A stretch of 45,397 nucleotides of DNA from Intoshia linei (Eukaryota > Animalia > Orthonectida). Both the position numbers and the translations under genes were made by a program. Positions 24,266-40,234 of this stretch are shown one piece after another. The notes under the pieces are model-generated. The model saw only the letters and a list, made by a program, of their open reading frames with translations. It did no database searches and had not been told where the DNA came from. How positions within the stretch are numbered: the first letter of the stretch is position 1; each line of letters opens with the position of its first letter. Location: the NCBI GenBank assembly GCA_001642005.1, contig LWCA01000160.1, forward strand, positions 1 to 45,397, written 5' to 3'.

Positions 24266-27088
24266 ATGTCTTCTACCAAAAGCCATTCAAATTATCTCAT
24301 AGCAAATTCAAAAGGAACAGATGTTGGCAGAAGTGAGTCTGCTTTGGAACGAGTTTACCTAAAATGTTCCTACAACAATAACGATCGCTGCATTTTCAGC
24401 AATGTGGTTTCTAATCCATCTCAATCCCACCTTTTACACAATTTACCTGTAATGAGCCTTATTGAAACGAGAGAGTGTGTAATGTTTAAAATCAATAATT
24501 AATATTTAGATATCGAAGAGACTTTTATGAAAATGAATTAATCAGGACTTTGTGTACAGGTCATCATGAATCTTATTCTGAAATTTTCAACTTGATTTAT
24601 TTGGAAGAAAAATATAAAATTAACGAAAATCCTAACGATAAAACAGTTTTACTTAAAAACGACCACGAAAAAGTAGCTATTTAAATTAATATATTAATAT
24701 CACATTAGTTTAAAAAACTGGTTCGTGGGTTAACAACTTTAGAAGATGCAAAACTAGAAAATAATACTGAAAAACAATATGATGAAATGCAAAAGTTGGC
24801 TAACCATTTCAGAGAAATTGGAGATAAATTTTTGGCTCACCATTTTTTTGAAAAATGCTTGGAATGTGCATTATCTGTAGTTAAGCCAGAATCGAAATTA
24901 GTGGCGATGAGTTATTGCAATTTGGCTTTATCGTTCGAAAATAATGGTAAAGTTAAAATGGTTGAATATTAGGAATTAAAATTTAGGTGAATTTGCTGAA
25001 GCCATAAAACACATGGTTGCATTTTATACTACCAGCGACAAAGAAAAATCTTGGATGAATGATGATAATTCTTTGTTTCTTTATCAAGTAGCATCAAATC
25101 ATTTAAGTAGACTATACTCTCAAGTGTCGGATGACGCTAAAAAAAATAAAAACGAAACAAATCATTTAATAAATGCTAGACTTTCTTATTCCTCCGCCAT
25201 GACAAGTGAAATCGGTGATACAATTGCCCGATCTAGTTATAAATTGGGGATTGCTTTGAAAAACAATAATGAGATTGAAGAAGCTTTAATTGTACGTTTA
25301 ATTTAGATCTTTCTTTAAAGGGTCTAATCGATGTGTTCCTTTTATAAAATTGTCAAATTAAAATTATGATATTTATTTTATAATTAGATACTTGAAAAAT
25401 ATATGATGTTGTGTGTAACGTATGAAAACCAACGCGGTGCAGGACAAGCTTGTTTATCCATTGCTCAATGTTATATTATGTATACATTTTTATTATTTTG
25501 ATAAAATTTTTTATAGAATTAAAAATTATGAATCGAGTATTGAATTTTTAGAAAAGTATTTGAAGGTTGCGGAATCTACTGGTTTTGATGACATGATTTG
25601 CAATGCTTGTAGTCATTTAGGCAGTCTTTACAACATGCTTGTATTTTTTTACCCATATATTAATTAATGTTTTGATTCTAAGCTTTTCGTTATAAATATG
25701 TAAATAGAGCAGGGTTAATATTAATATAAATTATTTTATATGTTAGGCTCAATTATATCAAATTAGTGGTTTTATTTCTTATTTACATTAAAAACCTTAT
25801 TTTTAATTTTTTCCATACTAATATGGATCATAAATAAACTTAAATCATTTACTTGGCGAACATTCATGTGAGCGATGTATCGTTAAAGCGACATAATTAT
25901 AGATTTTGCTAATTAATCATATTATTGATTTTTTCACTTAATTATTAATAATTTTGGGACCAAAAATTGATGGGATTTTTTAAGGTATATAATATATTTA
26001 TATATATTTTTATATATATAATAATATATATTATATATACATAAAAGAACAATCACAAATTTACAATTGTTTGTATACTAGGCCATAGTAATTAGGCGGT
26101 CAACTATATTAAAGTATGATTTATAACGAAAATAAAACCAGTAATATTAAAAGATAACATTGTTTTAATCGCTGTTATAATAATATTATAAACATATTCA
26201 CTATTTTGTGCTAATTTTTTTCTCTAAAAATATTTTTATACTGTTAGGGGGGTCGTCAATATATTTTTTTGGGAACCACTGCTCTAATCCATTTAATATT
26301 CCATCTCAAGTTACGTGATTTTTCCCCACTGGGGATCCCCAGCATTAATCCCAGCTTAAATTCTTGGCTTGAGCAATTCATTAATTTTGTTAAAACATAA
26401 ATAAATGGAAAGTAGTCTAGCATAGCTAGAATACTGAAAATATCAATTAATAAATGTACATTTAAATTAATAACTATTAAAGAAAAACTAATATGATTAT
26501 AATAATCATGTTAAAAAATATGTGCACCCTACACAAAAAATTCAATCTCATAAAGTAATGCATTTACGGTCCAAACGGCACTTTCGTAGTTTTTTTTATT
26601 TGGTAGCTATTTTATTACAAAAAAAGAAAAAATATTAAATAATTAATAATCCTAGGATCTAGATGTCAATATAATTAAATCGTTTTTAAGGTTATACACT
26701 CATTCTCTATAGGAAATTAAAAAATCAGCCCTAGGCAGAGCTATTTATTGTTTTTGCTAAGTATATAATAATATATTTTTAAATTATAATTTAGGCTCAA
26801 TACGACAAAGCTGTAGAATATTTTAATAAGTCTTACAGCATAGCTCGATCTATAGATGATAATAAAACAATTGGTGATTCTTGCGTTCTATTTGGAATTG
26901 CATTGGGTTATAAAACGTTAAACAAATTGAGCTTGAACATATCAAGATCGGTTAGTGATAAAGAATCAATTCAACATGTGGAAGCTAACGAAAGGTGTAC
27001 TTATTCTGCGTTTTCTAATATAAAAAGTGCCCTGAAAAATATACTAAATTGGAAAGACATTAGACTAAACATTCCGAAAAGTGAATAG
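24266..27088 (+). CDS. TTC29: Tetratricopeptide repeat protein 29 (axonemal TPR protein)
   Basis: Spliced exons give YRRDFYENELIRTLCTGHHESYSEIFNLI, QKLANHFREIGDKFLAHHFFEKCLE, NACSHLGSLYNML|AQYDKAVEYFNKSYSIAR and LKNILNWKDIR, all typical of TTC29. Confidence 0.8.
25985..26040. repeat. Imperfect (TA)n microsatellite in a TTC29 intron
   Basis: TATATAATATATTTATATATATTTTTATATATATAATAATATATATTATATATAC. Confidence 0.7.
26043..26281. mobile_element. 5'-truncated copy of the hAT MITE at 21837-22273
   Basis: Near-identical to about 22036-22273 and ends TTTGGGAACCACTG. Confidence 0.85.
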
Positions 27089-27207
27089 AATTTAATCTTG
27101 AATAAACTGTATATTTATTTATTTTTCGAAAAAATTATGATTATTATTAAAAATGGGAATAAAAATATGAAAATATTAGCATATTTTGTGTTATCTTTAT
27201 ATATTTA

Positions 27208-27251
27208 CTAGCTTGACTGTTACGTATTTAGTACAAACAGCAGCTAGCTCT
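27208..27251 (-). mobile_element. Solo Helitron-like 3' end (family A) between the TTC29 and GS 3' ends
   Basis: A|CTAGCTTGACTGTTACGTATTTAGTACAAACAGCAGCTAGCTCT, the same motif as at 23711, 27757, 28535-28577 and 40235. Confidence 0.7.
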
Positions 27252-27402
27252 ATCAACATTTATTTTTAGCTTTATTAGTAATATATTAATATATGAAAAA
27301 TCGTTTACCTTATTTGGAAAATCATTAGCTTTAAATTAAAACCCTGTGACTAAGGATTTATACCAACTTGATATAAATCTACTTGATAAATTCATGTTTT
27401 AT

Positions 27403-29986
27403 TTATAAATCAAAAACAGTTTTAACAATGGTAGAAACTACTAAGTATGGATCACAATCAGCTGAAGGTCTTCTGTCTTCTAAATATCCACATCCTGCTT
27501 TATTACATAGATTCGGTATTCGCACACTAGCAAATTTGTCCTCAACGCCTGTTGTGAATTTGTGCATTGCAGAGCAAAAGTATTCCCCAGTTAAACGATC
27601 TTCATTGGCTATTCCTTTAGAGGGGTCGTATAATTTCATATCTTGATTGTGCTTTAATGACATTTTCTCTATGGCTTTTTCAACGTATCTATATTTATAA
27701 TTTGTTTTAAAAATTTAGAGATTGCTGAAATTCATATCCATACTTATATAAAGTAACTAGGTTGACTGTTATGTATTACGTACAAACAGCATCTAGCTCT
27801 GCCGAGAGCGTACATATTTATTTTACCAAAAAAATAAGATCTATAACAGAAATGCGTAGATTTCTAGGGTTAAAATTTTGTATTTATATTAACTAAAATA
27901 AGATGTATAAGAATAATCTTATTTTTTTAATTGTAAGCATGTTAATTATTTCAAATTTTTTATTTTGTAATAAAATCATTTCAAAATAAAAAAAAATGAA
28001 TGATAAAGTGCTCTTTTGACCATGAAAGCGTCACTTATTCAAAAAAAAGGGTAATCTGTGGTTTTCATCGTGAAGTTTATCTTTTTTGATATTGCCATTT
28101 ATGATAACGCTTATGATTTTAAAAACTCTACCATAATTTATGTTTAATAAAATTTAGGAGATGTTTCATTTTTAATTAAATTTAATTATAATAAATGGTA
28201 GTTTGGGATTTTGACTAAGAAGGTATAAGTTTATGAGACTGAGATTTACTACAATATTAATTATTTTATAATGCGTCCAAAATGTATGTTTTATTGAATT
28301 TTTGGGTTGATTTTATTTTTAAACAAATGGGCAAATTGGGTTTTTTGACCATGAAGTATTCAAAATTTGAATTTCGAATTTTGAAACTCAAAAATAGACT
28401 TAAACACGCTCTGATAAAAAACTGTATTAGAAATTGGTTTTTTTTAAATCCTACGACTGTCAATATACAAAATACGACGGTCAACTCCAGTTACGATTTT
28501 TAAAAATGAAAATATTCCTAGAGTTTAAACAACACAGCTAGATACTGTTTGTACCAAGTACACAACAGTCAAGCTAGTATGATAATATAAAAATCTAATT
28601 AAATTACTCAATTCCACCAGCTTTTCTCATTTCATTAGTACTGAAATTACCTAAATTATATTATATATATTAATAAATAAATATATACAATGTCCTCCTG
28701 ACCCGGACCATATGCCCGGAATTGGTTTTGGGTCGAAACATACGTCCAATCCGAAATCCTCCGCTATACGTTCCAAAATATAGCGAGATACCCACATTTC
28801 ATCCGAAACTGTAATTCCATCCAATGGACCAATTTGGTATTCCCATTGTCCAGGAACGCATTCACCGTTCACTCCACCAATATGCAGACCAGCATACAAA
28901 CATGCCTTTAAATGAGCAACAGTTAATGCGCGTCCGTAAGAACGACTTCCTCCAACCCCACAATAGTGAGGACCCATTGGTCCCGGAAAGCCTATTTTTG
29001 GCCATTTGTAAGGTCTCTTTTCGTTGAGTATATAGTATTCTTGTTCAAATCCGAACCAGGGTTCTAATTTTTTGATGTTTTTGAGAAATTTTTCTGTTTC
29101 ACCTCTTCTATTCAAAACGGTTGGTTTACCGTTTATATCAAAAGTAACACACAAAATTAATTTATTTTTATTTTCCAAGAAAGGATCATTGTACATTGCT
29201 ACCGGTACATATGTTTGATAGCTCTCAATTTCTCCTACCACACCTTTCACAAATCCATAACCATACCATATTGGCACATCTAAATAATTTGTAAACAAAG
29301 ACAGTTAATGTGAACCATCAATACATGATTATTAAAAACGAATTGTTCGTAACAACGTTTCCGGAGTTAGAAACTGCTAATACAATTTTACAAAAAATCC
29401 CATTTTTTAAACGTTTGCATATCTGAGTAACATGATATTAATGTATAAAATATTTATTAAAACTGGTTTAAATTTTTTGATCCGTTGAACTGATAACCTT
29501 TTTGGCGCAGAATGCTAGAACGATAAAACCGAATCCAACATGGGTAAAATATTTTATAAATAGGTATGTAACGATATAGGGAACTGAGTTGAAAAGGGCA
29601 GAATATAATTTACGATTTTGTAGCTAAATTATATTAAAAAAATTATGTTATTTTATTGATCACCAAACTTTTCGCGAGTCTCATAATACTCTCTAATTAC
29701 GACTTATTTTCAATATAAAATATTTCATGTATATCTTAGCGAAACCACTTTCAATAATTTATAGTTTGGTTCCACCAACTGCTTTGCGAAGCATGGTAAA
29801 TAAGTATAAAAAAGTACCTTTTAGTTCAATATCTTCTTTACTAAAATTAAGAACCTTACATTTACTTCGAGTAGTTTTACCAAATCCATCTATCCATATA
29901 TATGTCAAAATAAAAGAATTTTCTGGTTGCTTTAAACCTAAGAAATGTCGGAAAGTATAGGTATTAGTCAATTCTGTTGTTTTCAT
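27403..29986 (-). CDS. GLUL: Glutamine synthetase type II homologue with a divergent ammonium site
   Basis: Exons 29818-29986, about 28689-29279, about 28609-28650 and 27403 to about 27687. Motifs YIWIDG, PWFGFEQEY, GVNGECVPGQWEYQIGP, FDPKPIPG.WSGSGGH and GYLEDRRPSADCDPY are present. Confidence 0.93.
27737..28577. mobile_element. Nested Helitron-like elements in the last GS intron (outer on +, inner on -)
   Basis: Outer 5' end A|TCCATACTTATATAAAGTAA at 27737. Inner 3' end at 27757 on the minus strand. Outer 3' hairpin ACTGTTTGTAC-CAA-GTACACAACAGT then CTAG|T at 28577. Internal subrepeats have a period of about 140 bp. Confidence 0.7.
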
Positions 29987-30919
29987 ATCAAGTTATAAAA
30001 CACGTTTAAATGAAAGAATAGAATTTAAATAATACCAATATTAAAAGTAAATACAGTGTATAACAGAACTGATTTTAGTAAAATAAATTAATTAACAACA
30101 TGCATTATATATTGGAAAATTTCAGTATCACGTTTCTATTTTATTTTTAAAGACGCAATTACATAGCCAATTTTACTTTACAATTAATTATAATTTATAA
30201 ATGCTAATTTTTTATAATTACTATTACACAGTAAATCCTCCTTTATTAACCAAAATTGCAATTTTAAGTTTTTATAAAATAACGGAAAACAACAATATAT
30301 ATATTTTAATATTGAATTATTAATGGTAATTTTTATTTGTGATACCATATCACTTATTTTAAATAGTTAATTTTTACATGATCTTTAATACATATAATGT
30401 AGTAGCACCATGAATCTTTATTAAATTTAAACCATTTTTTATACATAATGAATTGGAGGGAATTTTTGTGAAGAACAAGTCAGTTTCATAGTTATTACCT
30501 TTTTGCGCATATTATAATCATTGTTTTTAAATATATTCTAAAAGGAGATATTCAGTATGAAATGTGATCATTCAATGATATTAACATCTACAAAAGTATA
30601 CAATTATTATGTGATATTTATTAATCAGAGTCATCATTTATATTACGTTTTGAATCAAATTAAAACCACATTAAAGTGTCAAATTCTGTATTTAAAATAA
30701 TAAAACGGAGTATTAATTATTTTATTGATCTATTTTATTAAAATGACACAATTTGTTTAACACTGTAAGGATTACATCTATGTAGATTGATTATATCCAT
30801 TAATTAAAATGTAAAATTTGACATAAAATAACATTGATTGTAATATCATCACTGTTATCATGTATGATGTAAATATTTGTATCTAACTTAAAACGAAAAT
30901 AGCTATACAATTTTAATCT

Positions 30920-31266
30920 GTATTTTTTTTAAAATTCTAGAGCTATTTTCATTTAAAAAAAAAAGGTCATCTGGGGTTTTGATATTGAAAATTATCATTT
31001 TTGAGGTCAATTTATGATAATGTTTATGATTTTAATAAATATCATAAATTATAATTTGTTTTATAAAATTTTTATTAACACAAGGAAAAATAGTGTTTTT
31101 AACCCTGAAGGACTCAAATTCGTAAATTTAAAAATTGATATAAACAAGCCATAGCGAAAACTTTATTAGAAATGGGGTTTTTTAAATCCTACGACTGACA
31201 ATTTTTTCAATTATAATTGGTAACAGACAGACACACACATGCATTAATTTTTATATAACTAAAGGA
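30920..31266 (-). mobile_element. Helitron-like family A copy with 5' end
   Basis: The minus strand starts A|TCCTTTAGTTATATAAAAATTAATGCATGTGTGTGTCTGTCTGTT. The body matches 28040-28465 and is the reverse complement of 4790-4900. Confidence 0.65.
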
Positions 31267-31621
31267 TCGTAACTGTATTTGTAGTGATAATCACTATAGT
31301 GTAATATAAGATAAGCATAAAGTTAATAATATCGTTACAGTATTTATCTGAATATCGTTTTATTATTAAATCTCAAAATCTTGACATCATTTGATGTTTA
31401 ATCATTACAGTGATTTTGAAAATTTATAAATCAGTATTAGTTATTAATTAATTTAAATTAAAGTAATTAATTTCAAAATATAGTTAGCATTCAAAATTAC
31501 AACAAAACATGAATTAATAATTTGTTTTAATTAACTAAAATTTAGTTAGGTGTTGCTATAGAACAACATTAGTATAACTTTATTAAACAATATCAATTTT
31601 TTTTATAGTTTAAATAAAATC

Positions 31622-35700
<4,079 letters not shown>

Positions 35701-37108
35701 TTGTTTTTTTGTAAATAGATATTTTATTTTTAAATTGTAACTTGAACAGCTCAATATAGCCATTTTTAAAGGTGTATTAAAACGTTACATTAGATCATAA
35801 AAATTTAAATTTTTCGTAATTTTTATTAGAAATTTTGTACTTATAAATTGAGTCATTTTTTATAGATTTATATCTGTATTTATCCATTCTAACTAAAAAA
35901 AATATGAGTATAAATTGACGTTATGAAAAGTAACTGGATAAAGGTCAATATCTAAACTGAGACGCAAAATTTGACGTTTGATGTATATTTTTTTTAAAAC
36001 TGGCATTTTTATGTTTTTGTTGATCAACTACGTTTTGAGAGTTTCTGTGCTGTCACTAATTTATATTACTATTTGCATTACATTGTACCTGTAACATTAA
36101 AATTTAAATTAATTAGCGAAAACCTTTTCTTAATATTAATTTACAATATATGGAAAGAGTTTGCAAAGCTTTTTTCTAAAGCATTGCCAACATCTTGCCA
36201 TATTTTGAAAATAATTTTTTATCTTATTTTGTTTTTTAAAATTACATGAATAGAATTAAATGAAAGCAGCAGTGTTTTAGTTCATTGAAAATACATTATT
36301 TGCACAAGGATTAATTACAATGCAGTATTGTGCATATCATTATTCCAATTAACGCCTCTGCAAGTTAATAAATACAGATGGATGTGGATACAGCTTATAT
36401 CCATTCTGTTCAATTTAATCAAACAATAACTCTTAAAATGGGATTATATTTTTTTATTAATTAATAATCTTTGTTTAATTCAATTCTACGGATAAAGTGA
36501 GGATTCATATGTAAACATTTATGCTAAATAATACAAGTTGCCGCTTAATGCGATTATTTCCCCAAAATTCAATTTATCTTAATGAATGGAAGTCTAAGTA
36601 GGATAAAATTTTACATATTTAATCAATCCAATATATATCTTCAGTGTTAGGCATTAATTGAATTTTAATGAAACGTATCCGTACACATCTTCCGTATCAA
36701 GTTTAGTCAATCATGATTTATTTTAATTGTTTGAAATCATTCAAATGAAAATAAATTATGAACAATCCTACAGTACTAATTTTAAATAGTAGACCCATTT
36801 TGATATTAATATTTTTGACCTGTACAACTCAAAATAAATAATTTTATGAATGGTTGAAGGGAATACGCGTAGTGTTTTTCAACCAGTTTCAAATTAAACC
36901 TTTTAAAAAAAATTTAAAACTGTCATTAAGAATTTAAAGATTAATTCTAAATTTAAAAGCAATGTAGAGTCCCTACAGACCCGATGCCATGAACTTTAAA
37001 TTTCGTAAATAAGTCACATTTTGATGCAGAAGCACCAGATACGTAAAATCATTTTAATAAACCGAACCGAACATTTTAAACAAATCAAAACTCAATAAAA
37101 ATGAAAAT

Positions 37109-39739
37109 TTATTTTTTGTAACCACTTTGATTAGAAAATTCGCATTCTTTTAAATTTTGCCGAAGAGAATCAAAACAGTTTGGAAAAGATATGATTTTGT
37201 TGTCATCAACATGAAGAATTTGCAAATTTCCTTTTTTGCTGACCAATTTCCCCATAGATTCTGGTAACGTTTCAATCAAATTATCTGAAAGATACAACTC
37301 TGTGAGAGCGAGCATGCGACCCACGTCTTTATGTAATTCTTCAATGAGATTTGAATTTGCTCGAAGTATTTGAAATCGATACAAATGAGAAATTTCCATT
37401 GGAAAAGTACTAATTTTGTTATGTGATATATTTAAATTAATCAACGACGCAAAAAGGTGTACTTTCACATCTGGAAGCGACACAATGGAATTATAAGATA
37501 AATTCAGGGTTAATAGTTGTCCCAACTCACCAAAATCATTAGGAATATGCTGAATTTTGTTGTGGGAAATGTTTAAATTGGTTAAATATGAAAAATTTAA
37601 AAGAGATTCTGAAAATTCTTCAAAGTTGTTGAATGAAATATCGAGTTGAATCAATCCCATCAATTTGCCCAAAGAATTGGGTAGACTGGATATATCATTG
37701 TTGGATAAATTCAATATTTGTAGATTCAATAGTTTGGATACATTTTCATCGACCGATTTGAGTTTGTTATTACTCAAATCGAGTTCAGTTAATGCTAGCA
37801 AAGTAAAACACACGTTGGGTATTGTAAATAGATTAATGAAGGATGCTTTCAATTTTTTTAATGTGGCTCCCAATTTGGCGTGCCCGATGAAGCCAAACAG
37901 AGAAAAGTGTACACTACTCTTGTCTTTAGCCGCTTCTTTGTCATTTACAACAATAATATTTTCGTTTTGAGACACGTCTAAAATTTCTACATTAATGGGT
38001 AAGGTTAGGGTAGCGAATAAATTATTGCTCAAATTCAAATCTGTTAGAAAGGGTAAATTTTCAATTTTTTTGGGTAAAAATTGAATTTTATTGCTAGCAA
38101 TAGATAATTTTTTTACAACTTGAATATTAGAGCATTGTAGAGGAAACTTTTCAAATTTATTTATAGAAATATCTAAATGCGATAATATTTGCTTTTTCCC
38201 TAAAGTACTCGGTAAGACTTTTAATTGGTTTTCGGATAATAAGAGCGTTTTCAGTTTTATCAAGTTTCCTATTCTGTTATCAATGCAATCAAGTCGATTG
38301 TTACTCAAGTCGAGGTATTTTAAATTTGGCACGTATAGATCAATAAATTTTGGTATACTGGTAATTCTATTTGATTTCAAATTTAAAGTAAACAGGTTTT
38401 CAAATGAGTTAGACGGGGGCGAAACGTCTTCCTGTTTTTGTTTGGACATAGCAACCGACTCTTCGCACGTTTCTACTGATTTCCTTGATGGTTGAGAATA
38501 TTTAGAAATTTCAGATTTATTCGACCTTTCTTCAAAGTCTTCTTCCTCCGAGCCTTCCAAGATCCATTTCATGTTAGATAATCTGTTGTTCGAAACATTT
38601 AGACTTTCCAATGTTTTAATACTGCCGTGACAGAAATTATTCGGCAGTTGTCTAATCTGGTTATTAGAAACGTTGAGTGAAATCAAATTGGACATTTTAC
38701 TAAATTCTGGATTCAAAGTAATCACCTGGTTAAAACTAACATCAAAGTTTCTCAGACTATAAGACAAAGTGGAAAAATTTGGTAATTGAGTAAGATTGTT
38801 GTGACTAATATCGCAATTTTCCAAATATGGTATTTTTCCAAATTCTTCCGGCAGTACCTCAATTTTATTGTGTCCTAAATTTAAAGAACGAATATTATGC
38901 AATAAATGAATAGATGGAGAAATTTCCAAAATTTCGTTGTGTGACAGATTTAAATGCAGAATGTTTCTAGCATCTTTTTGAGTGATTGTTGGTAGATTTT
39001 CAATGAGATTATGCGACATGTCAATGTTAATTGGAGATTTATAAATAAATTTTTTTAGAGACTTTAATCGGTTGTTTGACACGTTAAGTGTCAACAAACT
39101 GCTCGTTTGCGTGATTTTAGCGGGAAGTTTGCGAATTTTGTTGAAAGATGCGTTAATGTTATATAAACTTGACGCCTTGTGGATAGTATTAGGTAATGTT
39201 TTTAGGTCGTTGTTCGACACATTCAAATCGAGCAAACTTTTCATTTTAGAAATTGTTCCAGGCAATCTCCCAATTACATTGCCGGATAGGTTCATTTTTT
39301 TTAGGGCCCATAATTCAGAAACCAAGGGCGTAATCTTTTTCATTTTATTATTTTCTGCATCAAGAGATAGGGCATAATTGGTAATTTCTTCATTCTTGTA
39401 AATTTCAATGGGTAACGTTTTCACTCCTATAGTAGACCAATTTAATTGAACCCATTTATCTTTGGCTGATCCAGTCTGTATTTTGTCGAGTTTGTTGGCC
39501 TTTTTGGATTTAGCCGAACTTTTATCCGATTTTTTTGACTTGCTACTCTGCTTACTTTTTGATGAGCTGGCTCTAGAACCTTTTACAGGAGATTGGGGTG
39601 GTTTTTCATTGGATTTTGGCTCTATCAAAAAATTTGCACTAATGTGTTGCCTTATAAGTGGAGGCAATGCGCAAATCTTACTGCCTGGTCCAATAATTGG
39701 AATAATCTTGTCTTCTTTTTTCCCTGTTTTGCTTGGCAT
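37109..39739 (-). CDS. 876-aa leucine-rich repeat protein (typical LxxLxLSxN repeats) with an intronless CDS
   Basis: One long ORF with more than 20 LRRs, a K/S-rich N-terminus and an acidic insert in the middle of the solenoid. No other domain seen. Confidence 0.9.
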   Translation of the reverse strand: MPSKTGKKEDKIIPIIGPGSKICALPPLIRQHISANFLIEPKSNEKPPQSPVKGSRASSSKSKQSSKSKKSDKSSAKSKKANKLDKIQTGSAKDKWVQLNWSTIGVKTLPIEIYKNEEITNYALSLDAENNKMKKITPLVSELWALKKMNLSGNVIGRLPGTISKMKSLLDLNVSNNDLKTLPNTIHKASSLYNINASFNKIRKLPAKITQTSSLLTLNVSNNRLKSLKKFIYKSPINIDMSHNLIENLPTITQKDARNILHLNLSHNEILEISPSIHLLHNIRSLNLGHNKIEVLPEEFGKIPYLENCDISHNNLTQLPNFSTLSYSLRNFDVSFNQVITLNPEFSKMSNLISLNVSNNQIRQLPNNFCHGSIKTLESLNVSNNRLSNMKWILEGSEEEDFEERSNKSEISKYSQPSRKSVETCEESVAMSKQKQEDVSPPSNSFENLFTLNLKSNRITSIPKFIDLYVPNLKYLDLSNNRLDCIDNRIGNLIKLKTLLLSENQLKVLPSTLGKKQILSHLDISINKFEKFPLQCSNIQVVKKLSIASNKIQFLPKKIENLPFLTDLNLSNNLFATLTLPINVEILDVSQNENIIVVNDKEAAKDKSSVHFSLFGFIGHAKLGATLKKLKASFINLFTIPNVCFTLLALTELDLSNNKLKSVDENVSKLLNLQILNLSNNDISSLPNSLGKLMGLIQLDISFNNFEEFSESLLNFSYLTNLNISHNKIQHIPNDFGELGQLLTLNLSYNSIVSLPDVKVHLFASLINLNISHNKISTFPMEISHLYRFQILRANSNLIEELHKDVGRMLALTELYLSDNLIETLPESMGKLVSKKGNLQILHVDDNKIISFPNCFDSLRQNLKECEFSNQSGYKK

Positions 39740-40234
39740 TCTGTATATATAGTTCAGAAATTATATAAACACATTTACCTATCAATATTTCTTCCACATG
39801 TTAATTAATTAATTTATTTTACTGAGAATGTTAGAAACTAGAACATTATCATATATAGGTTATTATAAAAAGATTCCATATATGCTGTGAATCACTAAAT
39901 TATTTGTTTCTATTTTACTATTGTACTTCTGGTTAATATCGTTTACAATTATAGCTAATTAGATCTTTAACATAGTTTGCAACGCGGTCTAGAACAAAAA
40001 CAATAAATAATGTCGAATTTTAATGTCATTTTACAAAATATTACAATTATTCTATATTTTGGAAATCTTTATCTAAAATGCTGTTATTTACATGAATATT
40101 CAGTATATCAGCGGTTCTAATGAACTACTATAGTGATTCCTAACCCCACTGGTAAGCTTAACTTTTTTAGTGGGCCTAGGAAATTTCACGAATTTATTGG
40201 AATTATGAAAACTGTGTGTTAATTTTGTACAATA

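Noticed and set aside
27757-28577. Classical TIR MITE interpretation
   Set aside because: No matching TSD. Each 'TIR' is itself a hairpin+CTAG|T end that occurs unpaired elsewhere, and a family 5' end sits just outside it.
27383-29960. Plus-strand ORFs 27383, 28824 and 29727, and ORFs 28266 and 28282
   Set aside because: Antisense to GS exons or inside the intronic Helitron-like repeat.
37665-39808. Several plus-strand ORFs (37665, 38283, 39072, 39462, 39593)
   Set aside because: Antisense shadows of the LRR gene, with no independent motifs.
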